From: Octopus vulgaris
Lineage: Eukaryota
Reading direction: 5' to 3'
DNA: 64,000 nucleotides
Assembly (NCBI GenBank): GCA_951406725.2
Contig: OX597816.1
Location: 127,906,001-127,970,000 of the forward strand
Shown here: positions 11,981-25,719 of the stretch, in pieces
How the letters are laid out: every line of letters begins with the position of its first letter
Numbering within the stretch: position 1 is the stretch's first letter
The notes under the pieces: generated by a model
The model's input: the letters and a program-made list of their open reading frames with translations, nothing else
What the model was told of the DNA's origin: nothing
Database searches by the model: none
Made by a program: the position numbers and the translations under genes

Positions 11981-14729
11981 TTGTCTTTTTAACCAGAGGG
12001 TCCATTCCTGCATACAAATCATGTTTTGTATAAAGATATATTTCTGTTTGCAAAATTTTCAAAAAGTTCTTCAAACTTTTTAAGAATGTATCTGTTGCTT
12101 CCCTATTTGTAAGTCTCAGTTACTTAAGAGGAAGCTATATTTAATTTTGAGTAACCTTGTTTGAAAAATATATTAAATGTCTAATACCACCTTTATTTTC
12201 CCTCTAATGTCATGGAGTGGACACTAAAATGCCTCCCAAGCTATTTATTAGCACAAATAAACTAAAAGCAGAAAACAATTAAAAGCTTTCCCCATCATGT
12301 ACAAAACATGGTAAAACCCAAATTTTTATCTGTTGCTATGTCACACATAAAATTCATTGTAAACAACAACAGCAACAAAATAATCCTTTGCAGTAACAGT
12401 TGTAGTTAAATCATTTGATTTTTATTACTATCATGTACCACACTAAATCAAGAGAGATTTTTGGGGAATTATAAAGGCTTAAATTATTCAAATAATCTTG
12501 GGGGCAATCAGTACTAAGTTAGTTATAAAAGATCTACTGTCAGAGACATTAGAAGTTAATCAATTGAATTTGCATGTATGTAATAGGTGAAATGGTGAGA
12601 AGACTGTTTGGACATAAGTTAGCTCTACACAGGTTTCTATCTACTATTTAAATATATAAAGTGTATGTGTATAAACAGACTGTTACATGCATATTAATGA
12701 TTTCTTTGCATAGTGCATATGTAAGATGTGCCAGTATTTAAGAAAAAAATGTCACAAATCTATTACATAATTATCTCTGCTATTTTTAAACTACCATAAG
12801 CTACAAATTCTAATTTTGCTTTACTTTCCAAGAAAAAATTGCTCAGGAATAACTGTATATTTTGAACACTTTGTCTTATATGAGAAATATTCATCTCCAA
12901 AATTATTTCTGAAAACGGTGCAGTCCATTCTTTGAAGCTTGATATTATTTTACCATATTAGCATTGTCAACTTTTCACAGACTATTGATAGACTTACTAG
13001 CTTTAGGAAAATCTCTTATTCAGTTTTTTCTCATGACTCTGATTCCAAATCCTATAGAGAGATTGTGTTATTCTTCCAGATTTGATAAAATATGAGTATT
13101 TAAATCTATAGTCATTAAGCTGGTCAAACAAAACAAACAAAAAGGCTTCTGTATCCAACAAAGAAATCAATATTGCTACATTATTCCTCTTAATTCATTA
13201 TGAAGTACAATGGCCTAATAAACATAACAACATAAATATTTATAAAACATGCAGCCTACTTGTGCATCACTTGCAGTAATATAAGGTTTAGTAACTAAGA
13301 CATCTTTTATCTTCACTTCACTGATGTAGACCTGTGGTAGATTGTTAATTTCTTTTTTTTTATAACAGATGACATTGTTTTCTGTGTAAATACTAGCTGG
13401 TCCAAACACAGTCAATTCAAAGGGTAATATTATATAATGAAAATTGGAGATAATTGCGGATCTGTTTTTATTGCTGATGATAATACACTTGCTTTGGTTA
13501 AAATTTGTCTGGCATAAATATATCATTAGATGCATTTCTGTCGGCAAAATCTTGATTTTGTTTATTTTATTTACTTATTTATTCGTTTATTTATTTATTT
13601 GGTTCAAGCTATTAGTGAAATAAACTTCTGTGACTTGTATGAGACTAACAATTTTATCTTGTCAGCACTAATCTCAACATTTGATATCATATAAAATAAA
13701 ATATTGTGTGTATACATACACAGATTATAGTTTTAGGAAAATCAGAACAAGCAAGACTTAACATAATAAGTACAGCTTTTGTAAAATAGCTGCATTCTGG
13801 GACATGTATGGAAAATGTAAAGAGTATGGTGTTAATTTTCCTTGGAATAATGTGATAAACCTACTGAAAAAAAAAAGGCTTAGTGAAAACCATTTCTGTC
13901 AACTAAACTGCTGTTGTGCATATATTAACGTAGTCTAAATCAATGGTTCTGTTGGTGTATATAAGCTCTGAATTGTGATTATCTTTGATATTATTCAACC
14001 AGGGGCAGACTGCAGAATATTAAACAGATCTCAAAGTGGTATGCCACTGAAAAGGGTAGAATGATACTGTCCCAGATGATGATGAGAAACTAGCTCCATT
14101 ACAGCTTTGTTATTAATTTTTTTTTTTTGCTTCCTATATACCATTGACCATTTTATTAAATGCAATAGGTTTTTTTTTATGTTGTGTCTATTTCTTTCGT
14201 TTTGTTTATTTCATTTGTTGCTTTCATTGCCAACATCCTTTGTTTATCATTCTCTATTATTCAGTCTCATGCATTACTTTATTACTTTATTGATAATATT
14301 ATCTTGCTCCATTCATCCAGTATTCATATTACTTTGCAAACTCTTCTAACTTGTAACCTGTCAAGAGTCACTTGGTGTAGACTTGTTTAGCTCTTACAAA
14401 TGTTGTAGACTTTAATATCAATGATGATCATACTGTCAGAAATATTGAAATATTGTTTTTCTTTGTTAGGCACCAGTTGACATTTTGTTTTAAACAGCTC
14501 TCATTTATTACAAAAGAATCTGGGTTTTGTTGTTGTTATTATTATTATGATCATTAGCATACTAAAATAAACTGATACGGTTGAGTGTGAACAATTTCTT
14601 TTGAATTTACCATTTATTGAAGCTGTGTGAACAGCGATAGTAATATATAATCTTTTGCTTGCACCATTTAGAAGAACTAGCTGTAGATGTAAGAATTTAG
14701 GTTTATTTATATGTGTGTGCATGTGGTTG

Positions 14730-15160
14730 GTTGGTTGGTTGGTTAAGAAATTTGTTTCCAAACCTTGAAATCTTCATTTCAGTCCCATTGTGCTTCATTC
14801 TGGACAAGTGTCTGCTAATAAAGACTCAGGTTGACCAAAGCCTTGTGAGTGGATCTGAGAGAGGGAAACTGAAAGAAGCCTGTCATAAATGTGCATGTGT
14901 GTGTGTGGGATGTGTATGTTTGTGTATATCCATGTCTTGACTTCACATGGTGGTTGTAAACAAGTATCACTGTCAGAAAAGCAATGTTGTTTGCTTTGAG
15001 TCTTACATGGTAAATGTGTTTGGTCATAGGAAATATTACCTTGCTTGGAGACAGGTGAGTGTTGGTGAGATGAAAAGCACCCACCCAGTCATAGAAAGTC
15101 TGTCTCAACAAATTCCATCTGGTCCTTGCAAAAAATGTGGACATCAAAATAAGATAATGT
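14730..15160 (+). mobile_element. tRNA-type SINE, family B, with internal (GT)n and RTE-like tail
   Basis: TGGTTAAGAA...CAGTCCCATTG...CAAGTGTCT...ACCAAAGCCTTGTGAGTGGAT head. Related copies lie at ~38625-38765(-), 41435-41545(+), 48455-48570(-), 58540-58810(+) and 62565-62945(+). Confidence 0.7.
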
Positions 15161-15187
15161 AATATATAGACACACTTATGTTTGCAC

Positions 15188-15225
<38 letters not shown>

Positions 15226-15404
15226 TAAAAGCAAAAGGAGAAGTACCTACTTTGAGAGCTTTATCATTAATAAATAAAAGGAAAATATTTACATTTTTAC
15301 GAAAATATGCTAGTGGTTTTAATTGTTTAGGATAATTTTATCTTGCAAGAAGAAAAGAGAAATTAGAGGGAATCGAATCAAATTAATCTCTTATAATGGC
15401 AGTT

Positions 15405-15595
15405 TTGAAAGTTCACCTTCCAAAACCAGTCAATGAAAAACTTTGATTGTATCTTTTGATGTAGTGAATCTTTATACAATCTCCTCTCACAACTTGAGAA
15501 CTGAAACCTCATAATTCTGGTTGCATAATGAAAACAACTGAACTACCAGAATGCATGAAAAGATGCTAATCATAGGACTAAAATCCCTTCTAAAG
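15405..15595 (+). mobile_element. Penelope-like element RT fragment
   Basis: LPKPVNEK/LIVSFDVVNLYT (15448-15477)...FWL...LIIGLKSLL matches the Penelope RT motif (VSFDVxSLYTNIP). Confidence 0.65.
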
Positions 15596-15599
15596 ACAT

Positions 15600-16432
15600 G
15601 ATGACATGGTGGTAGAACAATGAAGTAGACTTAACCATAAGAGCAAGGAATCAGGCCTGGAAGGTCTGAAAGAGTGGAGAGCAGAGAACTTTATTAGATA
15701 GGTAGAAAAGCATACAACAGTTATATTTAGCTAGGGGAGGAGCAGAAATGAAAAAGAAATTTGCCAATGCTTCACAGTGTAGGGATTAGAACCATGAAGT
15801 ATTGCAGATTGCAAGACAGTGTGCCAAAGAAAATCATGATTTTTTGGAGAGAAGTATGTTTGAATAGATGATAGTATGCTTGTATTTTGTGATTCTACAA
15901 AGAAAGAGGCATGGAAGAGCCACTATGAAAGGCCACTGTGAAGAATATATGGGAGAAGGAGAGTTTTCTTAATATGGACCTAACAGAGGGGTCATCTCTT
16001 CAAGTTGCCAGCAGTATAATAGATAAAGCAATTAAGTTTAAGATAGTAAAAGCTCCTAACCCATCAGGAATTACTGCCAAAATGCTTAATGTATCTTGCA
16101 GGGTGGGATATGGCCTAGTAACCTGTCCAATTAATCAGGTTGTCCAGGAAGCAGTCATATCCAACAACAGGCATAGTAGCATTATGATCAACTGCTACAA
16201 AGGTAAAAGAGATGCCTGAGACAGAAGTAATTACAGAGGTTTCAAATTTCTGGACCAGGTTATGAAAGTTAGAGAAAGAATCAAATCTCAGCTTATGAGT
16301 AAACAATTTAACCTAGATGCAATTTGGTTTTGTGCTTGGAAGAAACACCACTGACTCTATCTTCATAGTAAGACATCTGCAAAAGAATCATGTAGTGAAA
16401 AGTAAACCACTGTACTTAGCATTTGTCGACAT
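15600..16432 (+). mobile_element. Decayed RTE LINE ORF2 fragment (N-terminal RT region)
   Basis: TWW*NNEV, KEAWKSHYE, KAPNPSGITAKML, YKGKRDA*DRSNYRG, MQFGFVLGRNTTDSIFIVRHLQ and KPLYLAFVDM. Confidence 0.9.
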
Positions 16433-18831
16433 GGACAGTTATGCTACATGCAGAGGACATGTGAAGGCTACTAGATGTGCAATATGTGATCTTAGGATAT
16501 TATTGTCTTTTTGGTTTTTCTTCTTAAAAGCTTACATCTTTTATGTAACTTTTTAAGACAGTTTGATTTTAAATCTGTTCTTTACTAAAAAGTAAACATT
16601 AGAGGTCATTGATATATTATTTGCTTTATGCATTTTAATCTTTAAAACTGAATCTCAATTCTGTGATTACATGTCTCACAGAAAGATGGCAGGAAGACTT
16701 ATGGCTTACATGTAACTAGATGATGAATTCTTTAGTTTTTCGAAATTATAATAAAGCCTATCTTAAGCAATTTCTAAAATGCATTTTTTTGTCTTTTAGT
16801 TTTCATTCTTGTATCAAATGATGCTTTAGTCTAATATATGTATCCTGTTATACATTAATAATTAGTTCATAAAAATCAATTTTGTGGAAGAATTGTGAAC
16901 GGGTCTTAAAATTTTATAGTTAATAATTAAAAACCAGTTTCTTTTGTGTGGGTGGAGGGTTAAATAAAACTACCTATTTTATTTATTTATTTATTTTGCG
17001 TGTGCTTTTGTTCTGTTAAAACTGATGCCAGAAATAATATATTATACCGCAAAATTCCTGTTTTTGATGTAGATAATCTATAAAATATATTTCAAAGTTC
17101 AGATCCTTTGTTTTACCATTTACTAGACTATATTTCACTTAAAATCCATTTATGGAGAATATATCATCATTAATTATTGCATCTTTTTAATTTGTATCTA
17201 ATTTTTTGCAGCCTCTGTATGCCTGATTAAATTATCTTAGATAGAGAAAGTAGTAATCCTTAAATCATTCACTTTGTACTTTAAACTGCTTTACCAGGCA
17301 GTTTAAAGTTCAGAAGAATTGAATGCTTGCAAACTAATAGAATATATTGAAGATAAAAAAAAAAATATTTATTGATAATTAAATGTTGCTGGGCTAAATT
17401 TATTTTTTAAAGTGCTTGTCTATAAGCAGAAATATTGCAGTAAACTATATACAAGTTACAATCTGATATATTTTTATTTTTTGACATGTGAACATTGCGT
17501 AAGGTGACATGTGAGTCTCTTTTATAAGTTTTATAAGTTTAGGCAATTACTAGATATATTTGGAATTGTGTTGTATATCTTTTATCTTTAACCAGCTTCA
17601 ATCATTAGACTGCAGCCATGCTGGGACACCACTTGGAGGAATTTTTTAGTTCAATAAATCAACCCTATTTTTTTGTTTTGTTTTTTGTAGAATCTACTAT
17701 AACATGACTTATAATTATTATTTAGTGTGAATCATAATTATATATTTGTCATCAATGATATAATGATAAAATGTCAGCCTACTGATGACCAATATGTAAG
17801 CATTTAATGGATGTTAACTGCACTGAAGATCATATCTTGGACTTATTCAGTGTATTGATTTTTTTTAAAAATCTGACATTGAAAAGATTCATGCATCTTT
17901 TTCAATCATGTCAGAATCATTGTTCAGGCTATGATCAAAAATATTCCAACTGTGACAAACCCATTCTATCATATATATCAGCCTTCTTTTAAGACAGTAA
18001 GATGTGATTTGAGGAAGAGTTGGCTTCTATTTCTAGCAGATTGACCAACCATACAGATATTCCTTATCTTAAATGGTTAACTATTTTACTTGCAACATTC
18101 ATGGTTCTTTTTTCACCTCCTCACATCTCAATATTTATTTTTCAACTCTAATTTCATGAGACACCCATCATGTTTTCTCCTCCCCATATAAGGAGCTGCA
18201 CTCATAAATCCTTAAGGAATGACAAGCGAATCCCAGCATATTTGAACTGACTTGGACAAAGTAGGCCTGAAGTGACCTTAAATAAAAAGCTGAGCCCTGA
18301 AAGAAGTCACAGATGGTTAATGCACAGATCCTCAAACACACATTACAGGCAGTCACTTCAGTGTACACACACACATGTGTAAGTACACACATGCACATAA
18401 ACTCTCTTTTTACTCTCATCCTTCACTTCTCTTGTAAGCAAGCATACATCTACATACATATATACACACTGGCATAAGACTAATTTTTGGACAGACCAAG
18501 GCAGACCTTGAGAGAGAGAGGGTATGTCTCTGAAGAGATTGCGAATAGCAACAAAAAGACTTTCATTAACAAACAACCAATTGGTTGTTTAACCAATACA
18601 TTAAATGAATGATTGATTAGTTTGCTAGATATTTAACAAATTAATAAAGACAAAAGTTTATGCATTGCAAGTTAATGACTTCTCTGTGCCTGATGAGATC
18701 TCATTTCATTTTAATAACCATTACTAGTTTTATCATGTTTAATATAATTACTACTATAGGTAAAATTTAATATGCTGATTATGTTACCTCACCCCACCTC
18801 CCCTCCTTCTCCACGTTACAATCCCCTAAAG

Positions 18832-19161
18832 CATAGGTTCTCAAAGTGGGTGCTACCACCCCACCGGTGGGCGTTGAGATCGTTCAGGTGGGGCGCTGGT
18901 ATCTAAGGGTTGGTGCGGGGGGATAGAAGAAAAGGAGGCATTGGGAGGAATGTAGTGGATTGGGGGATGCTGTAAATTTATAATATTATTATAGTATTGT
19001 ATACAAATTATATAATATATTAAATATCAAATGATTCATAGTATATATAAATTAGTAAAATATAGAATATTTATTTATACATAAAAATAAGGGTGGGGCA
19101 CTGAGGATATTATGTGGCCATTAGGGGCAGGGCGGTGGTTCAAAAAGTTTGAGAACATCTG
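18832..19161. mobile_element. Non-autonomous hAT (Charlie-type) MITE
   Basis: Imperfect TIRs CATAGGTTCTCAAA / TTTGAGAACATCTG, 8-bp TSD CCCTAAAG / CCCTAATG, GC-rich subterminal arms and an AT-rich centre. Confidence 0.8.
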
Positions 19162-19957
19162 CCCTAATGCCTATCACCCCTTTCAATATATCCAGCACCC
19201 CTGGGGGTAGTATCACCAACATTGAGAAGCTCTACTCTAGAGATTTCTTAAATTTAATTTCTGTCCATTTTCTGATATCATAAACAACATACGCATATTA
19301 ATAAAAATAGGGCTGAGGTAAGCTGTTTATGCTGTAAAATTTTTACAAGTATCGTCAGCAATTTTACTTCCATAAATCTATCCAGCAACAACAATTTTAG
19401 TCCCTCTTCCTACTTATAACAGCATTACCTCAGGCAATTACCTACTTAATTGCAATTCCAGTAAAATGTTTTAATCTATTTAGTTAATGCATGACATGAC
19501 GATAGTATTGACCCTGACTGGTCTGACTAAGAATTGAAAATATGCTTTTGTCATCATACCACTACATTTGAAAATCTGAAAGGACATTTAACAAAAACCT
19601 TTCCCAGAAGATTTGCTTTCTAACAGAAACAGGATGTGTGGCATTTAAAAATCCTTTGTTCCTCAGTCACACAATGTTATATGCTCAAATTTTTACTGCA
19701 AACTTTTTCTTGCAAGAGAATTTATTGATATTACTTTAAGATGACAGCAAATTCATTGGGTATTGAGTAATGATTGGTTAATGTAAACATTCTTTAACAT
19801 TCTTACTTCAGAATTATGGATCTTCAAAGGAATCACCTAAAAGCTACATTAGTTTCAATTTTTTATCTGATTTTTAAAGAGATGTACAACATCTTATGTT
19901 ATTATATTTTTAGACATAAGCACATAATACATAAAAACATTTTTGTATATCTGTACG

Positions 19958-19958
19958 C

Positions 19959-19989
<31 letters not shown>

Positions 19990-20003
19990 AAGAGAGAGAG
20001 ATG

Positions 20004-20040
<37 letters not shown>

Positions 20041-20059
20041 ATAAATAGATGTGTGTTTC

Positions 20060-20100
<41 letters not shown>

Positions 20101-20150
20101 TTCAATAGATAGATGGTAGATAGACATTTACACATATACACACACACATG
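19958..20150. repeat. Compound microsatellite (TA)n-(GA)n-(GATA)n-(GT)n-(TA)n
   Basis: Directly visible. Confidence 0.95.
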
Positions 20151-21124
20151 CTGGTCTGTTTGAAGCAAAGAGAATATTGGATATCATCTTTAAGAATCTC
20201 AAAAACAAATGAGGCTTTGAATAATGGATAAAATATGTAACAGGTAACATAGCTCTTGAATGATAGAAGAATTGGTTAGAGTCCTCTATGGGAATCATGC
20301 AGCACATCTGCTTAGCTGCAATACCACTGTGTTCTTTTTCATCTAGTGGGTATTCTTACCTGAAATATTAATAGCTATTGTTTATAACATCATTTGCATA
20401 TAAAGTTAATCCAAACATGAAAGCACAAAAAACACAACGCGAGGACGTGGAACAAATATAGTATTATTGGACGCTCATTTGCATATATGCTTGTATATAT
20501 CAATACACACACACACATGTTTGTGTGTGTATGTGCATTTTATTTGTTTTTTGTCTGCCACAATTCTTGGCATAAATCAGTCCCACTGTTACTTCATTAA
20601 TAGATAATGCCCTTAATTATTCCATGTAAATCAACTTGTGATCACGACAATCTTCAAACATATTTACTTTCTGACCATTATATACCAAACGTTACATTCA
20701 TTTTCCACAATTCCCTCAATATCTGCAATGAAAAACACAGAACAACTATTTGAAATTTTTTAGTTTCCAATATCTGTCTACTTTCAATATTAAGTATTCT
20801 ATTTTTTGCTCTTGTTTATACTTATATGTATGCTGAGCCCCCACTCCACACACACTCACACATTTGACACATTTCTCTCTCTCGCATATATATATGGGGT
20901 GAGAGACAATTTTTGAATTGAAATTTTCCATCCATTTAAAGAAGAGAAAGCAGTAACGAGCCTTTTTAGGGCCTCTGTGATTAGTGGGAGGAACGGAAAA
21001 ATTAACATACACCAGAAACCTGTCTCAAATGCTTGCTAAAGAAAATCGTAGGCTAGGTTTCCTAATAACCAAGATGACAAATTTAGTTTGGTACCCCAAA
21101 TCAAGAATGCCAGATTAAAATTAA

Positions 21125-21233
21125 AATGTATGTGCATTCATATACATGCAAATGCATATATACATATGTGTGTGTATATATGTGCACATATATGCATATG
21201 TTTATATATATATATATGCATGTATTTATATGC

Positions 21234-21278
<45 letters not shown>

Positions 21279-21342
21279 TGTATTTATATGCATGTATTTA
21301 TATGTATGTGTATGTATACATACATATATATATATATATATA
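21125..21342. repeat. Degenerate (TA)n/(TATG)n microsatellite
   Basis: Directly visible; it accounts for three overlapping YI-rich ORFs. Confidence 0.95.
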
Positions 21343-22829
21343 ACAGCATCACCCTCATTCCCTTAATGAATCATCATATATCTTTTCTTGGAAGACAGCA
21401 AACTCTTCACAATATCTTCAGTTAGCAGGTGTAAAGAAATATAGCATTTTAAACATAAATTATGTCTACTACTTTCTGTTTTAAAAAAAAAATGTTGCTT
21501 TTTACTTTTGGAAGAAAGCCACCACCCTCATAAAATTGATGTGCTAAACTCTCGTTTTAACGTGAAGTGTACCTTTTACTTACAGATAAAATCTATTTGT
21601 TATCTGTAAGGACACCTTCTCTGTAGCTGGCCAACCACAATTGATTTTTAGCCATTAATACTATCATTTAGACTATCCATCTAATGTATCTTTTTCAAGT
21701 GAGTTTCCAGTAAGAAAATACTGTACATTTCATTCCTGAACACAACAGTAGATAATTTCCATTTTTACTCCTATGTAATTACCAGTTAATAATTTATAAA
21801 ATAAAATAAACACACACAGACACATGCACACAACACTGCATACACACTATTATACCCTCACAAACATGTACAGACATACACACAACCCATGCATAATGGA
21901 CTCATTCTGTTTTTCAATTATGCATCAGCCTTTTCATAGTTCAATCAAAAATATGTATACAAAAGAGGCAAATTCACTGATTAAAATAAGGTTGTTTTCT
22001 TTCTTTTTATTATTTTGGTGAGTGAGTTTTTCTATATTCCATTAATTCAATGTATCTATCCTAAATCTATATCCATTTGCATATGTGTGACAATTGTTCA
22101 GTTATATTGCAGTTTTGACTGCAGGGCTTAAAATCTATAATAAAAAGCACTCAAATTTTATTTTGATTTCATTATTTTTTGTTTCTTTCCCTGTGAATAT
22201 TTATAAGTAATTATCATTCTTGTGGAAGAGCTAGAAAATTGCTTGAAATGTCAGTTATTCACCAGCTTCTTGTTTAGTTGATAAAAAAATTATTTCTTTC
22301 ACTTTTAAGCAGGCACATAAATATTCCTCAATTTTCTATGCTCTTTATTTTCATGGAAGTATTCCAAACATTCTCCCTGAAAGAAGAATACACTAGGAAT
22401 TGCTTTGTGTTTTTTAAGCAGAATCATACCTAGTAGTGATAGCCTAGTTGTAATTACATTCCATACAAAAAATGCATTTTAGGGTAGGAGAACACAGAAC
22501 ACAAGAACTATGGTTGGTCAAGTTGATAGTGTAACAAGCTTTCAACTGATGGGTTGTTAGTTTCTAAATCCTGATCCACTCTACATGGTGTATGTAAGTG
22601 ATGCTATTAAATAAGAGCCAGTTCAGCTACTTAAAATTAATTAATATGGTCAATAATCACCAAATGGTTTGTTATCTTGCAGCTCAAAAATTTACCATTT
22701 TTCTGCACCTAAGTTTCAGGAAATAAATACAATTTGGATCTCTGACTAAGATCCAAAGAGTGACAGAAATTCTATGGCCTCTTTCATTTGTCTATACAAT
22801 ATATACAGATATAAGTATATATAATGACA

Positions 22830-23255
22830 TTTGTTTCACATTTTGGCACAAGGCCAAAATTTCAGGGTTGTGTGTAAGTCAATTACATCATCCCCAGTGT
22901 TCAACTAGTACTTATTTTATTGATCCCGAAAGTCGACCCCAACAGAATTTGAACTTAGAACATAAGGAGAGACAAAATGCTCCTAAGCATTTTGCCTTGC
23001 ATGTTAACAGTTCTGCTAGCTTGTTGCCCTAAAGTATTCAATAATATTGATTTCGAAATTTGGCACAAGGCCAGCACTATCGGAGAGGGATTAAATCAAT
23101 TGTCAGTGTTCAATTGGTACCTATTCTATTGAGCCCAAAAGGATGAAAGGCAAGTTCGGCTTGATGGAATTTGAACTTGGAAGATATAGACAGACAAAAT
23201 GCTGCTAAGCATTTTACCCAACATGCTACCAGTTTTGCCAGCTCACTGCCTTAAA
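22830..23255 (-). mobile_element. Two tandem family-A SINEs
   Basis: TTTGGCACAAGGCC...GAATTTGAACTT...CTAAGCATTTT...GCC occurs at ~22830-23030 and ~23045-23255. Confidence 0.8.
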
Positions 23256-23884
23256 ATATACAATAATGTTAACAATAAAAAAGAGAGGCATCAAATACCA
23301 TAAATTCTTAATTTATTTATATTAATAGATGTGTGCTATTTTAGCAGAATTTACATACCAAGTTGATCAGTGCTGTGTAGGTATTACGACTGTAATGAAC
23401 AGCAGTGTAATACACACTTGTTTTTATGTCAGCTTTTATATAGGTAAGTTGTTATGAATGGACCCAACTCCTCTTCAGAGTCACTGTCTTCTGAGAAGTT
23501 TTGCTATCTATATCTCACTCATACTTTCCATTTTCAATGTTTTCAAAGGCTGGATATTCAATCAACTGCCAATCAGTGTACATAGTGTAACAGATTATTT
23601 TCTCATGCAAATATAATAATTCAAAAAACATATATGTACACACACACATATATACCTAAACATGCATGCATGTGAGTATGTGTGTGTGTATGTGTGACTG
23701 ACAGAATATTGCATGTGTGTGTGAGAGTGTATAAAGGTAAGCTTGTGTCATGTTTCAGCAGCCATCAACACCTATGTAACTTCTGATATTTTTGCAAATC
23801 CCCCAGGCACTGTTTGTCAATTTCAATGTTTCTCCACTTTAACTTCTTTCCATACTTCACCCTCCCCAATTCACACGATCCTTC

Positions 23885-23960
23885 ATATATATATATAGCC
23901 CAACATAGAATTTGAAATCTCTACATATATATGTATATACATATACATACATATATACAT

Positions 23961-24022
<62 letters not shown>

Positions 24023-24026
24023 GTGC

Positions 24027-24061
<35 letters not shown>

Positions 24062-24128
24062 CTACTTGCATTTGTCTGCATCACTACCTATCTCTCTCCC
24101 TTCCCCTCTCTCTGTTGTGCTCTATCTA

Positions 24129-24184
<56 letters not shown>

Positions 24185-24270
24185 CACACACACATACACT
24201 TATATATATATACACATGCACAGTTCTATTCAGATCAACACACACACACACATACACATATATATATATA
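23885..24270. repeat. Compound (TA)n/(CA)n/(GT)n microsatellite block
   Basis: Directly visible. Confidence 0.95.
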
Positions 24271-24828
24271 ATTGAATATAATGATGAAACAGGAGAAAGT
24301 GCAATCATTTCATTTGTTGCTGATATTTGCAATCGTAAAATTAATGTCAAAAATAGATAAGCTTGCGCTATCAAAGTAAATGTTTTAACTAGTGAATAAA
24401 TGCATATTTATATTAAAAGGAATATTAAGGAGGGTGCCTTTCCCTGATTAAACTGATAACATTTAACATTATTTTGTTATCTCTTAGAGTTATATCATGT
24501 ATTAGATTCTATGAGGGAAAAAGATGGAGCTTTCACTATTTGAAAGATTAAAAAAATATACTCTGCATACAAATAAATATAAATATGTCGTGAATAATTC
24601 AAAGAATTATTTGAAATTATCCAAATCTCCATTGTTATCTCAATGTTTATGAGGGTAGATTAGTAGAATTAACTGATAGTTTAAAGAGATGGTGATGTTG
24701 ATAGTTGTAATAAAATTAATGATTAATCAAATGTTTGTGCATGTCTATATTATATATATGTATGTGAGTGTGTTAATATATATTTATATATAGATATAGA
24801 TATACATATGTGTGTGTATATATATATA

Positions 24829-24994
24829 TCATCATCATCATCATCATCATTGTTTAACGTCCGCTTTCCATGCTAGAATGGGTTGGACGATTTGACTTAG
24901 GACTAGTGAACCAGGTGGCTGCACCAGACTCCAATCTTATCTGGCAGAGTTTCTACAGCTGGATGCCTTTCCTAATGTCAACCACTCCGAGAGT
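24829..24994 (-). mobile_element. RTE 3'-end fragment (left arm of an inverted pair)
   Basis: (ATC)n followed by the reverse complement of the RTE 3' UTR. Confidence 0.9.
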
Positions 24995-25166
24995 CACGTA
25001 AAAAGCACCCACTACACTCTTGGAGTGGTTGGCATTAGGAAGGGCATCCAGCTGTAGAAACTCTGCCAGATCAAGACTGGAGCCTGGTGCAGCCATCTGA
25101 TTGCCAGCCTCAGTCAAAATCGTCCAACCCATGCTAGCATGGAAAACGGACGTTGAACGATGATGA

Positions 25167-25170
<4 letters not shown>
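24995..25170 (+). mobile_element. RTE 3'-end fragment (right arm of an inverted pair)
   Basis: CACGTAAAAAGCACCCACTACAC...CATGCTAGCATGGAAAACGGACG...(GAT)n. Confidence 0.9.
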
Positions 25171-25200
<30 letters not shown>

Positions 25201-25402
25201 TTGTGTGTGTATTACATCTTTGGTGAGTTAACTTGGGATTCCCAAACGATAATGTAACTTTCATATAATTAAGGTACCTTCAGCCTGATGAGTAGCTAGC
25301 TGAATATGCCTTGTTGAGTAGTTATTACATCAGAAGATCTGCTATCTAGGAAACACAAGTTTCCTGGAGTTTACCTGTTCCAGTCCCTTAATTTGGATTT
25401 AT

Positions 25403-25656
25403 CGGTGGCATGTAAAAATCACCAACCGATCGTGGCCACTGCCAGCTCTCCCCTCCACCTTCGGTACCTGTGCCAGCGGCATGTAAAAAGCACGCACTAC
25501 ACTCTTAGAGTGGTTGGCGTTAGGAAGGGCATCCAACTGTAGAAACACTATCAGATCATACTGGAGCTTAGTGCAGCCTCTTGGTTTCCCAAACCCCTGT
25601 CAATCTGTCCAAGCCATGCTAGCATGGAAAACGGACGTTAAACAATGATGATGATG
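25403..25656 (+). mobile_element. RTE 3'-end fragment
   Basis: Same 3' UTR, with two GGCAYGTAAAAA units and a (GAT)n tail. Confidence 0.85.
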
Positions 25657-25672
25657 TATACCTGTATATATC

Positions 25673-25716
<44 letters not shown>

Positions 25717-25719
25717 CAC

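Noticed and set aside
12900-13550. Possible Harbinger-like transposase relic on the minus strand (VLHN)
   Set aside because: Only one short motif; insufficient support.
17278-17309. Short hairpins (12-bp stem here; similar at ~21585, 25835, 54772, 61132)
   Set aside because: Stems of roughly 10-16 bp, some imperfect, are expected occasionally in AT-rich DNA and have no supporting context.
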